This document shows, piece after piece, positions 10,031-18,418 of a stretch of 64,000 bases of DNA. Position 1 is the stretch's first letter; each line of letters opens with the position of its first letter. The notes under the pieces were generated by a model that saw only the letters and a list, made by a program, of their open reading frames with translations, ran no database searches and was not told the origin of the DNA. The position numbers were made by a program, and so were the translations under genes. The DNA is from a virus, in the IMG/VR virus record IMGVR_UViG_3300031741_000001, positions 17,828 through 81,827 of that record; one strand, 5' to 3'.

Positions 10031-10482
10031 AGCGCACCTCCCTTACTCTTGCATATTCTCGCATAAGTTTTAGGGAATCCTCGTTTTATTAAACTATTAA
10101 GACGGGTGAGAGATTCCCGTATATGATTCTTTTTAATATGGTTACCTGTTTCAGATTCTATTATAGAATCTGATTTAATGAATATAGAATAATGAATTGC
10201 TACAATCCACACATCGCTCATATCAGAAACAGATTCGGCTAGTCCCCTTGGCGTGTTTATAAAAAGCCTCTTTACTTCAGCGTAGTTATCGCTAATATCA
10301 AAAGCCAACGCTTCCTCTACTATTTCCATTTTTACTAAAAGCCATTTATCATCCAGAATTATAGGATATTTAATGCTTTCAGGTTTATTATTGACTCTAG
10401 TTAAGATCTCGTCAAAGATATTATTTATCTCAATAGATTTACTAAATTCGCTCATTAGCTTCGACATTTTGTTTCTCCTCAA
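10027..10482 (-). CDS. hypothetical protein, first gene of an early cluster (likely start at MSKL)
   Basis: Downstream of the early promoter at 10519-10530; paralogous to the next gene. Confidence 0.7.
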   Translation of the reverse strand: MRRNKMSKLMSEFSKSIEINNIFDEILTRVNNKPESIKYPIILDDKWLLVKMEIVEEALAFDISDNYAEVKRLFINTPRGLAESVSDMSDVWIVAIHYSIFIKSDSIIESETGNHIKKNHIRESLTRLNSLIKRGFPKTYARICKSKGGAL

Positions 10483-10510
10483 TGTAGTTATGTTATTTTA
10501 AACCTTCTTC

Positions 10511-10530
10511 TAATAATATAATATATTTCT
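10511..10530 (-). promoter_or_regulatory. early (virion-RNAP-type) promoter AGAAATATATTA
   Basis: Same motif at 1073, 46698, 52563, 57365, 58478 and 63983; resembles the phiKZ early consensus TATATTAC. Confidence 0.7.
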
Positions 10531-10558
10531 ATTTTTCGTTTGAGAAAAAAAAAGAAAA

Positions 10559-10584
10559 ACAGCTCTTCCGTACGGAAGAGCTGT
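10559..10584 (-). terminator. intrinsic terminator
   Basis: Perfect 26-bp palindrome ACAGCTCTTCCGTACGGAAGAGCTGT followed on the minus strand by a long U-tract. Confidence 0.85.
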
Positions 10585-10587
10585 AGA

Positions 10588-10785
10588 TAGATCTGACATA
10601 AGAACAGGGTAACTCTTATATGAAATAACTTAAACTGATAAGTATCCCAACTTTCCTATTTTGCGAATATAGTTTCACACCTAGTATATGTTGCACATTG
10701 TTATCCACGTTAATATGAAATAACACGTTTCTACTTTTTATGTATATAGTAAAAACGCTACGTGATGGTGGTCAGTCCAGACCTA
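10588..10785 (-). ncRNA. candidate structured RNA, element A
   Basis: Several stems whose imperfections are G-U pairs on the minus strand; collinear motifs shared with element B at 41570. Confidence 0.55.
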
Positions 10786-10796
10786 AAATTTAAAGG

Positions 10797-10916
10797 TTAA
10801 TCATCGTCATACATCATATCATCGTCGTCACAATCCATATCTCTACGCATCATTTCATCATTATCATCATCCATATCTTCTTTACTATTTCTGTTATTTA
10901 CACCTAAAATATTCAT
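10797..10916 (-). CDS. 39-aa acidic micropeptide MNILGVNNRNSKEDMDDDNDEMMRRDMDCDDDDMMYDDD
   Basis: ATGA overlap with the stop of 10913..11476; MNIL start shared with head proteins; SKE candidate protease site. Confidence 0.7.
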   Translation of the reverse strand: MNILGVNNRNSKEDMDDDNDEMMRRDMDCDDDDMMYDDD

Positions 10917-11476
10917 AATATTTCTAAATCCTTTCGTGAGACTTTTATATAATTACTAAAATTAACTATCTGCGGCAAGTATTTAAAATGCGCTCCTGGG
11001 GCTCTGTCCCACAGTTCTTTATTTTTTACTTTATTGGTATACGCTTTCGTAAGCTGTAGTAGTCTACTTCCAGACTCTATCAATTCTACTTTTCTAGAAA
11101 TTTGAAGTACCGAATCTCCTGTAAGTTTAGAAAAATCCAATCTAAATCTATATTTTATTTTAATTATCCCTGCTAAATCTATGGGAGTAAAATAAATACC
11201 ATAATTGATGTAAGGCTTATTTAACGCTCCTCTATAGAAAAGATTATAAGCTGCTTTCCAGTATATTTCTGCGTTCTCTAAAGGTGTGTTGTATTCGGAA
11301 ACCCCCTTTAGTTTTAATGAAATAGCTCTTTCAGCATAACCATATACTCTTTCATGGCTTAGATTTCTATTGACTGGAAGCAATTTTCCTAGTTTTAAAA
11401 TTTTATCTAAACTAGCTTCATCAAAAACATAGTGATATATAGCCACTTTCTTATTCAACCCTAAAACGCTCATCAT
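10913..11476 (-). CDS. putative ADP-ribosyltransferase-fold protein
   Basis: IYHY....SL.KIL..GKL.P and GIYFT pattern, typical of His-initiated ART folds. Confidence 0.45.
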   Translation of the reverse strand: MMSVLGLNKKVAIYHYVFDEASLDKILKLGKLLPVNRNLSHERVYGYAERAISLKLKGVSEYNTPLENAEIYWKAAYNLFYRGALNKPYINYGIYFTPIDLAGIIKIKYRFRLDFSKLTGDSVLQISRKVELIESGSRLLQLTKAYTNKVKNKELWDRAPGAHFKYLPQIVNFSNYIKVSRKDLEIL

Positions 11477-11481
11477 ATCTC

Positions 11482-12792
11482 CTATAGAAATTTAAATGAT
11501 TGTAAAATTATATATTGGATAAAAGCTATTCTCAATGTGGCTTTAGTAGATTCTCTTTTTACTTTAATATTTTTATCTATAAAAATACCAACACTATCCT
11601 TTATAGAAAGTAGATCTTCATTGAGTATCCTACTACTCTTATAAATATCTGAAGTCTTTTTAAGGATAGCTAATTTCGATTTAAAGTTAACTGTTTTATC
11701 CAACATGCAGAATCTTAAAGTTTTTTGGACTATATAAGATATTAGAACTTTATATCCTTTAAGATAAGTTATATTGTTTTTCTTAAGTATTTCATTTTGA
11801 GTTTGGTTCTTATATTGTAAAATAGCCAAATCTGAGAAATGAGTCAAAAGGGTTCTTAGTATAGTAGGATTGATATTCTTATTAAGCCCTACCACTAGCT
11901 GTATCATTTCATGATCTATGAATTGATTCATATTAAGAGCACTACTAGCAACATTTAAGATAATATTATCAAAAGATGAAGTGAGTTCTTTAATTACTTT
12001 CTCTCCTGCAATATTCCCGACTAAGTCTTCCTGTCTGAATTGTTGCTTCTCATCTCTCACTCTATAAAACTCTCTTACTATTTTTCTTATCTGTAATCGC
12101 ATCCTAGTATTTATATCAGTAATGACATAAACTACTTTTTTATCCGAAGTGAAATTAATCAATGTTTTATAATGGATAGAATCAATCTTCATTAATTCTT
12201 TGCATCTATTCTCTAGAACAGCTTTCCATGTCGGAGTTCTAGGATTCTTAATATCGAACTTATAACTAAGCTCATCTATAGTTTGTTCCATTACAGTTTG
12301 TTGAGGAGTATACGGGAACATATAATTCACACAAGAAGTGAAAAATTTATAATTTAACATTTTTAAAAGTGTGAAGATAAATATTTCTTTTTCTTTACTA
12401 GACACCGATGATTTATATCCGCAATGACAAAGCCAGATTGTTAGAATGTTGTACGCATCGCAGAAAACACTATTGGTTGGATCTTTAACTTTCTTTCTTA
12501 GATAGATAAGATATTCCGTAGTGTATATAGTTTGTCTAAATTCTTCAATATTAATATCAAAGATATCAAAAATCATATTGTATTCTGTTGGTAAAAAATA
12601 CATCCTATTAACACCCAATAGTCCTGTATTGAGAGCTAAAGGATGTTCTTTCTTAACTTCAAAAACTGAACACATCTTTACTAATTGAGCTATTCTAGAA
12701 GAAGTAATAGGAACGTTATATTTTAAACTAAGCGCTTTCTTCAATGTCGGTAGTTGGTTTTCCATCATTATCTCTTTCAGTAGTTTGAACAT
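11482..12792 (-). CDS. conserved phiKZ-like virion-associated protein
   Basis: 436 aa; NYKFFTS...F.Y...L..KF.IK...W pattern recalled from jumbo-phage core proteins. Confidence 0.55.
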   Translation of the reverse strand: MFKLLKEIMMENQLPTLKKALSLKYNVPITSSRIAQLVKMCSVFEVKKEHPLALNTGLLGVNRMYFLPTEYNMIFDIFDINIEEFRQTIYTTEYLIYLRKKVKDPTNSVFCDAYNILTIWLCHCGYKSSVSSKEKEIFIFTLLKMLNYKFFTSCVNYMFPYTPQQTVMEQTIDELSYKFDIKNPRTPTWKAVLENRCKELMKIDSIHYKTLINFTSDKKVVYVITDINTRMRLQIRKIVREFYRVRDEKQQFRQEDLVGNIAGEKVIKELTSSFDNIILNVASSALNMNQFIDHEMIQLVVGLNKNINPTILRTLLTHFSDLAILQYKNQTQNEILKKNNITYLKGYKVLISYIVQKTLRFCMLDKTVNFKSKLAILKKTSDIYKSSRILNEDLLSIKDSVGIFIDKNIKVKRESTKATLRIAFIQYIILQSFKFL

Positions 12793-12976
12793 AGTGGGGA
12801 CACGCTATAACTGAAACGAATCCTTTCTTATGCTTACATTCTTTTCTACAATAATCGCAAGTTTCACAAGTTTCATTGAATGGATTTTTAAGACAAGATG
12901 AGTAATGTCCGTTATAGAATTTCTCTTCTGTGAAAGTTTGAAAGCAATATTTACAAGTGTATGTTTTTTTATTCAT
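12728..12976 (-). CDS. small zinc-finger protein
   Basis: CKYC...H...C, CETC..C...C and CPHY Cys clusters. Confidence 0.6.
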   Translation of the reverse strand: MNKKTYTCKYCFQTFTEEKFYNGHYSSCLKNPFNETCETCDYCRKECKHKKGFVSVIACPHYVQTTERDNDGKPTTDIEESA

Positions 12977-13030
12977 TTATGAGTCCTTTAAGGTTAATTG
13001 TTTTCCTATACTATGTTATATAATAGCTTT

Positions 13031-15133
13031 CTAAAACCTTAAGTTAGCGAATACCTGTAGACTGCGTTCTGAGCCATCAAAAAGATTAAACTCTACATTT
13101 TCAGTTTTCTTTTTAGCTTGATCCATAGATATTATTTTTGGTTCAATAATATCTTTATCTAATAGAGACTCTAAAGATTTAATTTCATTTTGATAACCCA
13201 TCTTTAAAGTAGGAGAAAAACATTCTTCTTCTTTTTTCTTTATCCTTTGAAGTCTATCGAAGATCTTCAGTTGCTGTTCTTTATATTTAGGGTCTACTTT
13301 AGCCCCATCGTGGGTGATATTCTTTAAGAAGATATTTCTATCTACTCCATAAAGATTAATATTCTTACCGTGAAGAATAAAAAAACAAGATAATAAATAC
13401 GCTATAGTTAAATCGTCATTCGATCCTACCATATGATCTATTCTATTGTTTTTAATTATCAATCCTAATATTTCTGAAATAAGATCGGGATCGAATATTT
13501 TATCATAGTTGGTATCTAGAGCTTGGGGCATTACCGTTTCAAATAGAATATCTCTAGAAGCAGCTCCTGTCCAAAAACCAAACTTTTTAATAATATCTCC
13601 ATCGACTGATGGAATTTCGGTAATCAATTCTTTATCTTGAGTATACTCCTGATAGTAGGCATTATAAATACGCTTTAATGGATTTAATTCTTTTTCCAAT
13701 AGGGCTAATATTAGAAAGTCTAAAAGTACTTTACCATTTTTATTACGCTCTGGAATAAATATAGATTTCGGGAATTCTAATAACATACTTAAAATATTTT
13801 TCACAACATAAGCAAAATTAGTTAGATTACATTTCCAAGTACACACCACGGACATATCTCTAGGGTCTGTCATGACCATAGTAGTGAAATCTATCCCTAC
13901 ATTATCGCTAGTATCGGATCCTATAACGAATGGGATATTTTTCTCTTCATACTTTTTGAACTTTGAAGGGTGAGTAAACCACCTTATAACTATTCCATTT
14001 TTAACTTCAACGAAAACTGGTTCTTTAATATTATCTTCTAACTTCTTAGACATATCTTTACTTATTGCTGATAGTCCTGACGTATGCTCCCATTTATTTA
14101 AAAAGTCACAGGCTATAGTAGCTGGATCTTTATCTACAGTAACCTTCTTGAGCCAAGCAGCGTCTTTGCCTAATTGTAAATGGCTATATTCCAAATAACA
14201 CATTTGGTTATTAGAATTAGAATCTACTACAGTTTTAAGCTCTTCAACGTTTTTAGAATCATATAACTTCTCAGTAAACCGCATACAATTATTCTTAATA
14301 CCGTAAGCGTATAGCCCGCAAGGATCTGATAATCTACCAGCTGTTGTAGTAATCATGTTAGTACAAGGAAACCCAGTTGCTCTAATTTGATCTGCAGCTG
14401 CGGTTATAGCTGATGTAGCTGAAGGGTAAGATAGATCGTTATTGATATAATGTCCGAACTCATCCCAATGCTCAAGACCTATCGACGGACCTCTACCTTG
14501 ACTACTAGCTCTTAATTTACTTGTTTGAGCAACGAAAGTTTTATACTTAGTTTTTAAGAAGTTATAACTAACTCCTTCTTTATTATTTGTATCGACTACT
14601 GAATTTTTAATTAGAAATTGCGGTAGAGCGTCTCTTATTAGTTTTAATCTCTCTACATTCTCTAGAACCAGAATATTATCTTTAGCAAAAAGTGCTGCTG
14701 ATAAATCCTGTCCAGCTAAATAACATACCCAAACAAAAACACTGATAGCTGCGATAGTTTTACCTATCTGCCTAGGCATTGTTAGAAATGGAGTAATTGA
14801 ATTACAAAAAAGCCAAGTTAATCCAACATTGGCTCTATTGAAAATATATGGAGAAGTTCCGGATCCCTGCGAGGGAACTCTAGCCACTTCTCGTAACATA
14901 TACCATATATTGATTTTACATTCAACAGCTATCCTAAGCTTCATCTCAGCTGATAAATCTTTACTGAACGGGTCAACATTTATTAATTGCGGTTGATAGA
15001 GAGCGAGAACAAATTTATTATTCTCTACTCCCATCCGTTTTAATAGCGTAGCAAATTTTACCGCAGAAAGATTACTAGTCTGATAATGGCATATGGCATT
15101 CTTCTTAGAAAAATCTTCCTTAAATAAAATCAT
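13031..15133 (-). CDS. terL: terminase large subunit (phiKZ gp25-like)
   Basis: MILF.ED start, PRQIGKT Walker A, WDE Walker B, TTTAG, nuclease motifs GSDTSD..G.D, ERN and DD. Confidence 0.9.
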   Translation of the reverse strand: MILFKEDFSKKNAICHYQTSNLSAVKFATLLKRMGVENNKFVLALYQPQLINVDPFSKDLSAEMKLRIAVECKINIWYMLREVARVPSQGSGTSPYIFNRANVGLTWLFCNSITPFLTMPRQIGKTIAAISVFVWVCYLAGQDLSAALFAKDNILVLENVERLKLIRDALPQFLIKNSVVDTNNKEGVSYNFLKTKYKTFVAQTSKLRASSQGRGPSIGLEHWDEFGHYINNDLSYPSATSAITAAADQIRATGFPCTNMITTTAGRLSDPCGLYAYGIKNNCMRFTEKLYDSKNVEELKTVVDSNSNNQMCYLEYSHLQLGKDAAWLKKVTVDKDPATIACDFLNKWEHTSGLSAISKDMSKKLEDNIKEPVFVEVKNGIVIRWFTHPSKFKKYEEKNIPFVIGSDTSDNVGIDFTTMVMTDPRDMSVVCTWKCNLTNFAYVVKNILSMLLEFPKSIFIPERNKNGKVLLDFLILALLEKELNPLKRIYNAYYQEYTQDKELITEIPSVDGDIIKKFGFWTGAASRDILFETVMPQALDTNYDKIFDPDLISEILGLIIKNNRIDHMVGSNDDLTIAYLLSCFFILHGKNINLYGVDRNIFLKNITHDGAKVDPKYKEQQLKIFDRLQRIKKKEEECFSPTLKMGYQNEIKSLESLLDKDIIEPKIISMDQAKKKTENVEFNLFDGSERSLQVFANLRF

Positions 15134-15873
15134 TTTTTACCAATCCTTTCATTGAGAGCCGATGCTGGTATAAGCACAACCGCATTTTCTTCAAAGACTT
15201 CTTTAGCCTGGGCTTTAGTAATAATTTTTTTAGTTATTAGAAGATTTTTAATTTTAGTTTCTACTTTAAGTAACATTTTATTATGAACTGTTATATCGTT
15301 AATATTTCCTCCAGCAGCTGCCATACTATTCTTAAGAATAATAAAGACCACGCTAGACCAAGTTAAAATATCACCAGAAGCCCAAATCGCTATATCTGAT
15401 AGTGAGAGGAGCGCGTTAGCGTGAGTGGTGACTTTAGCTTTACATGCTTTAATAGAACTTAATAATGCTAGAACTCCTAGCCCATTAGTCCCCATGCTAG
15501 TTATTTCTATAATCAAATTAGAATTCTTGGGAACCGTTTCTAGTAAATGGAGAATGAATGGAAGAAACGTCATAGATTTTCTATTAAGGTATAGTCTAAA
15601 AGTTAATTTCTTATCCGCTGATATAGTTTGTGAGACAAAAACATTAGCTGGAATCTGCTCAATTTTAGATAGAGCTCCATATGTTGGATCTAAAGGAGTT
15701 AAATCTTCCATCGCTGGAATCAATTCGTTTTCTAACAAAAAGTCTTCTTCCCATCTTTTAGATAACTCAAGAAAATCTCCTTTAGGTATACCTTCTTCTT
15801 CTTTTTTACCATTTAGAACTTTAGGTTTTAAGCTCTCTATTGATGTTAGATCAATATCATCTATTATATTCAT
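15130..15873 (-). CDS. ClpP-like paralogue, probably non-catalytic
   Basis: Aligns by eye with the adjacent ClpP-like gene (I.ITS.G, AKV...AN.L.S) but has Lys where the catalytic His is expected; MNII start and SIE/AME sites. Confidence 0.55.
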   Translation of the reverse strand: MNIIDDIDLTSIESLKPKVLNGKKEEEGIPKGDFLELSKRWEEDFLLENELIPAMEDLTPLDPTYGALSKIEQIPANVFVSQTISADKKLTFRLYLNRKSMTFLPFILHLLETVPKNSNLIIEITSMGTNGLGVLALLSSIKACKAKVTTHANALLSLSDIAIWASGDILTWSSVVFIILKNSMAAAGGNINDITVHNKMLLKVETKIKNLLITKKIITKAQAKEVFEENAVVLIPASALNERIGKK

Positions 15874-16514
15874 TTTTTGATGATTCCATTTCTTTTAGTT
15901 TTTAGAATAGCTTTTTCAATTCTCTTTTTCATCTCGGGAGCTGATATGAAAACATTAAGCTTTTTGAACATAACATTTTCATACTCCACTTTAGTCATAT
16001 ACCCCATATCTAGATAAAAACGATATCTATCATCGAACCATTCTAGAATTGAAACTATAGTGTTTTCAATGTCTAAAGACTTACCTTTTATCATCTGAGT
16101 AGGTCCATGAATCATTATCTCAGCCCACTCCCTTATTTCAATGCATTCTGGAGGGGCTTCAAGTAATATTAGTGATCCACATGATGCACAGAGTCCATTA
16201 GCTACAACTTTAAGCTTAGCCCTTGTTCTATGCATTGCAGAGGCTATCCCTATCCCACCGAAGACATCCCCTCCAGGAGTTTGGATTATTATATCTATCT
16301 CATCATCTTCAGTTGCCGATAATAGCTCGTCTATCGCTTTGACGTAGACATAATTAGATAAGACGTCGCTGGTAAGATATATCTGTATTTTAAAACCAGT
16401 TTCGGTTTTAGTTTTTGATATATTCAACGCGCTAGGGAAAACTGTCCCCATCACCATACCGTTCTCTGCTTCAACTATATTTTCTTTAGTCATTGCAATG
16501 TGTTGGTTATTCAT
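15870..16514 (-). CDS. ClpP-family serine protease
   Basis: IQTPGGDV, GLCASCGS (nucleophile Ser) and IMIHGP (His); start placed at MNNQ after an AAGGA ribosome-binding site. Confidence 0.75.
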   Translation of the reverse strand: MNNQHIAMTKENIVEAENGMVMGTVFPSALNISKTKTETGFKIQIYLTSDVLSNYVYVKAIDELLSATEDDEIDIIIQTPGGDVFGGIGIASAMHRTRAKLKVVANGLCASCGSLILLEAPPECIEIREWAEIMIHGPTQMIKGKSLDIENTIVSILEWFDDRYRFYLDMGYMTKVEYENVMFKKLNVFISAPEMKKRIEKAILKTKRNGIIKK

Positions 16515-16524
16515 TGGGCATTCC

Positions 16525-17346
16525 TTAATTATAACATGAGTGAAAAATTGATTTGCGTTTTCCATCGGATGTTAGGATATGGTTTTTATTTTTAACACCA
16601 CGATAACTATTTTCAATAATTATTTTATCCGTCCCCAACATCTCGAATAGCTCTTCCGACTGTAATGATTCAAACCCGACAGCAGTTCTATAAAAATCAT
16701 CTTCTCCAGTAAAGTCTTCAAATGGTATTGGGCATTCTAAACTTTCAGTAGCTCCCATGAATCTTTTAGAAGCTTCAGCAAAACCGCCTGATTCTACAGC
16801 GTCGAAAGTGATAAGAGCAATAACCTTCTTAGTCATTATTCCATTTACAAGAGTTGGTGGGTGAGTTAATGCTCTTAATGAAAAAGCAGTATTTCTTTTT
16901 GGATCTGCAAAAGAGTCAACTAATTCATCTTTATAAGGTCCGCAAGTTCCAATGTCTCCTTCTATCAGCAAAAGACCATCTTCAGTTTCTCTACTATTGA
17001 CATGAGTAAAGAAATGGGATAATCTAGTTCTATCTATGAACGCGACTCTTTTAACTATCTCTCTAGGATTACCAGCGCAGAACGGATGTCCCCATTCTCC
17101 TTCTAGTCCTCCTTCAACTAACTTTTTATAGAAAGTTGTTTTGGGATTAGTCATCCCATTTACGAAACTCGTTTCATCATACTGGACATTATTCCTAGAA
17201 GGTTTTCTAAGAATAGCTAATGGAACTTTTTTAAATATTCCATCCTTATCTGGAGTAATTGTTTTTAAACTTTTACCGTCAATAGTATGCAGTGTCTGCA
17301 TATTAAAAATTACATTTCCCATACTTTCAAGTGCTGGATTAGACAT
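16525..17346 (-). CDS. prohead (head maturation) protease, phiKZ gp175-like
   Basis: GEWGHP, FSLRA and TFDAV motifs; candidate self-cleavage sites ALE, ATE and GFE. Confidence 0.85.
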   Translation of the reverse strand: MSNPALESMGNVIFNMQTLHTIDGKSLKTITPDKDGIFKKVPLAILRKPSRNNVQYDETSFVNGMTNPKTTFYKKLVEGGLEGEWGHPFCAGNPREIVKRVAFIDRTRLSHFFTHVNSRETEDGLLLIEGDIGTCGPYKDELVDSFADPKRNTAFSLRALTHPPTLVNGIMTKKVIALITFDAVESGGFAEASKRFMGATESLECPIPFEDFTGEDDFYRTAVGFESLQSEELFEMLGTDKIIIENSYRGVKNKNHILTSDGKRKSIFHSCYN

Positions 17347-17348
17347 AG

Positions 17349-18407
17349 TTAACCTTTCGAGTCGTATTTTGAAATTAGAATCCCTTTTCCCCTTAAGAAT
17401 AGAGGCTTTTTAAAATTAGTTATCTTTAAACTAAAAAACATTTTAGGAGTAAACGTTGCGGAACTCCTTTTCATATTGGATAGTGATAATAGTCCATGAC
17501 TTTGTAGAAGCATCGCTAGTAATTCTGAACAGAACACCTTATTAGGAGAAACTTTTCGATTTCCTAAAACTATAGTATTTCCAAAGATAGCTCTAGTGAA
17601 TTTTGTAAAACTAGCAAATTCAGCTCCTAAGTATTTCTTGATAAAGTCTTTAGTATCTTTATTCTTTTCACAATTAAACATTTCTGGAGTAGAGCATCTT
17701 CTGACACATATGTATTTCTCGTTCAACCCGTATTTCAGAACTGAAGTTAATTTAACTCCATTATCCATAGTAGCATCGAACATCCATAATTTATTTTGAT
17801 TCTTTACAACTATACCAACATGAGTGAATATAGATCTAGTTAAGAGTACGGTAAAAACATTAGCTAGTTTTTTAAACTTAGTAAATTCTGAAAAAATAAT
17901 AATATCTCCCGCTTGCAGATCTAATTTAGAGACGACTGAAATACTTTCAGTAGAAACTCCAAAACATTCTTTAATGATATCAGGAGAGATAGTATTGAAA
18001 TTTAAAGACAATGTTTCGTCGGCTTCAATATCTCTAAGACTTTTTATTACATATCCGCTATCTTCTTTAAGTATAGTAATATTACTATCGAAAGATTGTT
18101 CTACTATCTGAAAGAATAAATTATTCTCGTCTTTATTGATATAATTAAATATATGATTTTTCTGTACTTTATTTTTAATGAAAAATCTCTGTTGATCTTT
18201 AATAATATCTATCTCTAGATTTAAAGAATTTAGATTATTAGAAACACTCTTCAAATCTTTTAAACAATTATCAGCTAAGTCACACCTAGCCAGTTGTGAA
18301 AGGTTCTCTTCAGATGATATGAAATTCTCTAAAGATGGAGACATGCCCTCAGCCTTTACTTCCTCTATGAGTAAATTAATATTTTCTATATCCGTTACAA
18401 GACTCAT
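17349..18407 (-). CDS. permuted papain-like NlpC/P60 (YiiX/YaeF-type) enzyme with a propeptide and a degenerate SET-like segment
   Basis: LQAGDIIIF, FTHVGIV and FCSELLA motifs; upstream SLRDIEADETLSLNF; SLE and STE sites. Confidence 0.7.
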   Translation of the reverse strand: MSLVTDIENINLLIEEVKAEGMSPSLENFISSEENLSQLARCDLADNCLKDLKSVSNNLNSLNLEIDIIKDQQRFFIKNKVQKNHIFNYINKDENNLFFQIVEQSFDSNITILKEDSGYVIKSLRDIEADETLSLNFNTISPDIIKECFGVSTESISVVSKLDLQAGDIIIFSEFTKFKKLANVFTVLLTRSIFTHVGIVVKNQNKLWMFDATMDNGVKLTSVLKYGLNEKYICVRRCSTPEMFNCEKNKDTKDFIKKYLGAEFASFTKFTRAIFGNTIVLGNRKVSPNKVFCSELLAMLLQSHGLLSLSNMKRSSATFTPKMFFSLKITNFKKPLFLRGKGILISKYDSKG

Positions 18408-18418
18408 GAACCTTCCCT

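Noticed and set aside
10588-10785. SAM-I riboswitch resemblance (AUC...GCAAC...GGUG...GGAAAG...GAU) in element A
   Set aside because: No kink-turn P2 (AGAG/GA) pattern, element B lacks GCAAC, and the position is 3' of genes rather than in a leader; cmscan would settle it
16515-16565. Upstream start (MENANQ...) for the ClpP-like gene given in the ORF track
   Set aside because: It overlaps the protease gene, and a better AAGGA ribosome-binding site precedes the ATG at 16514
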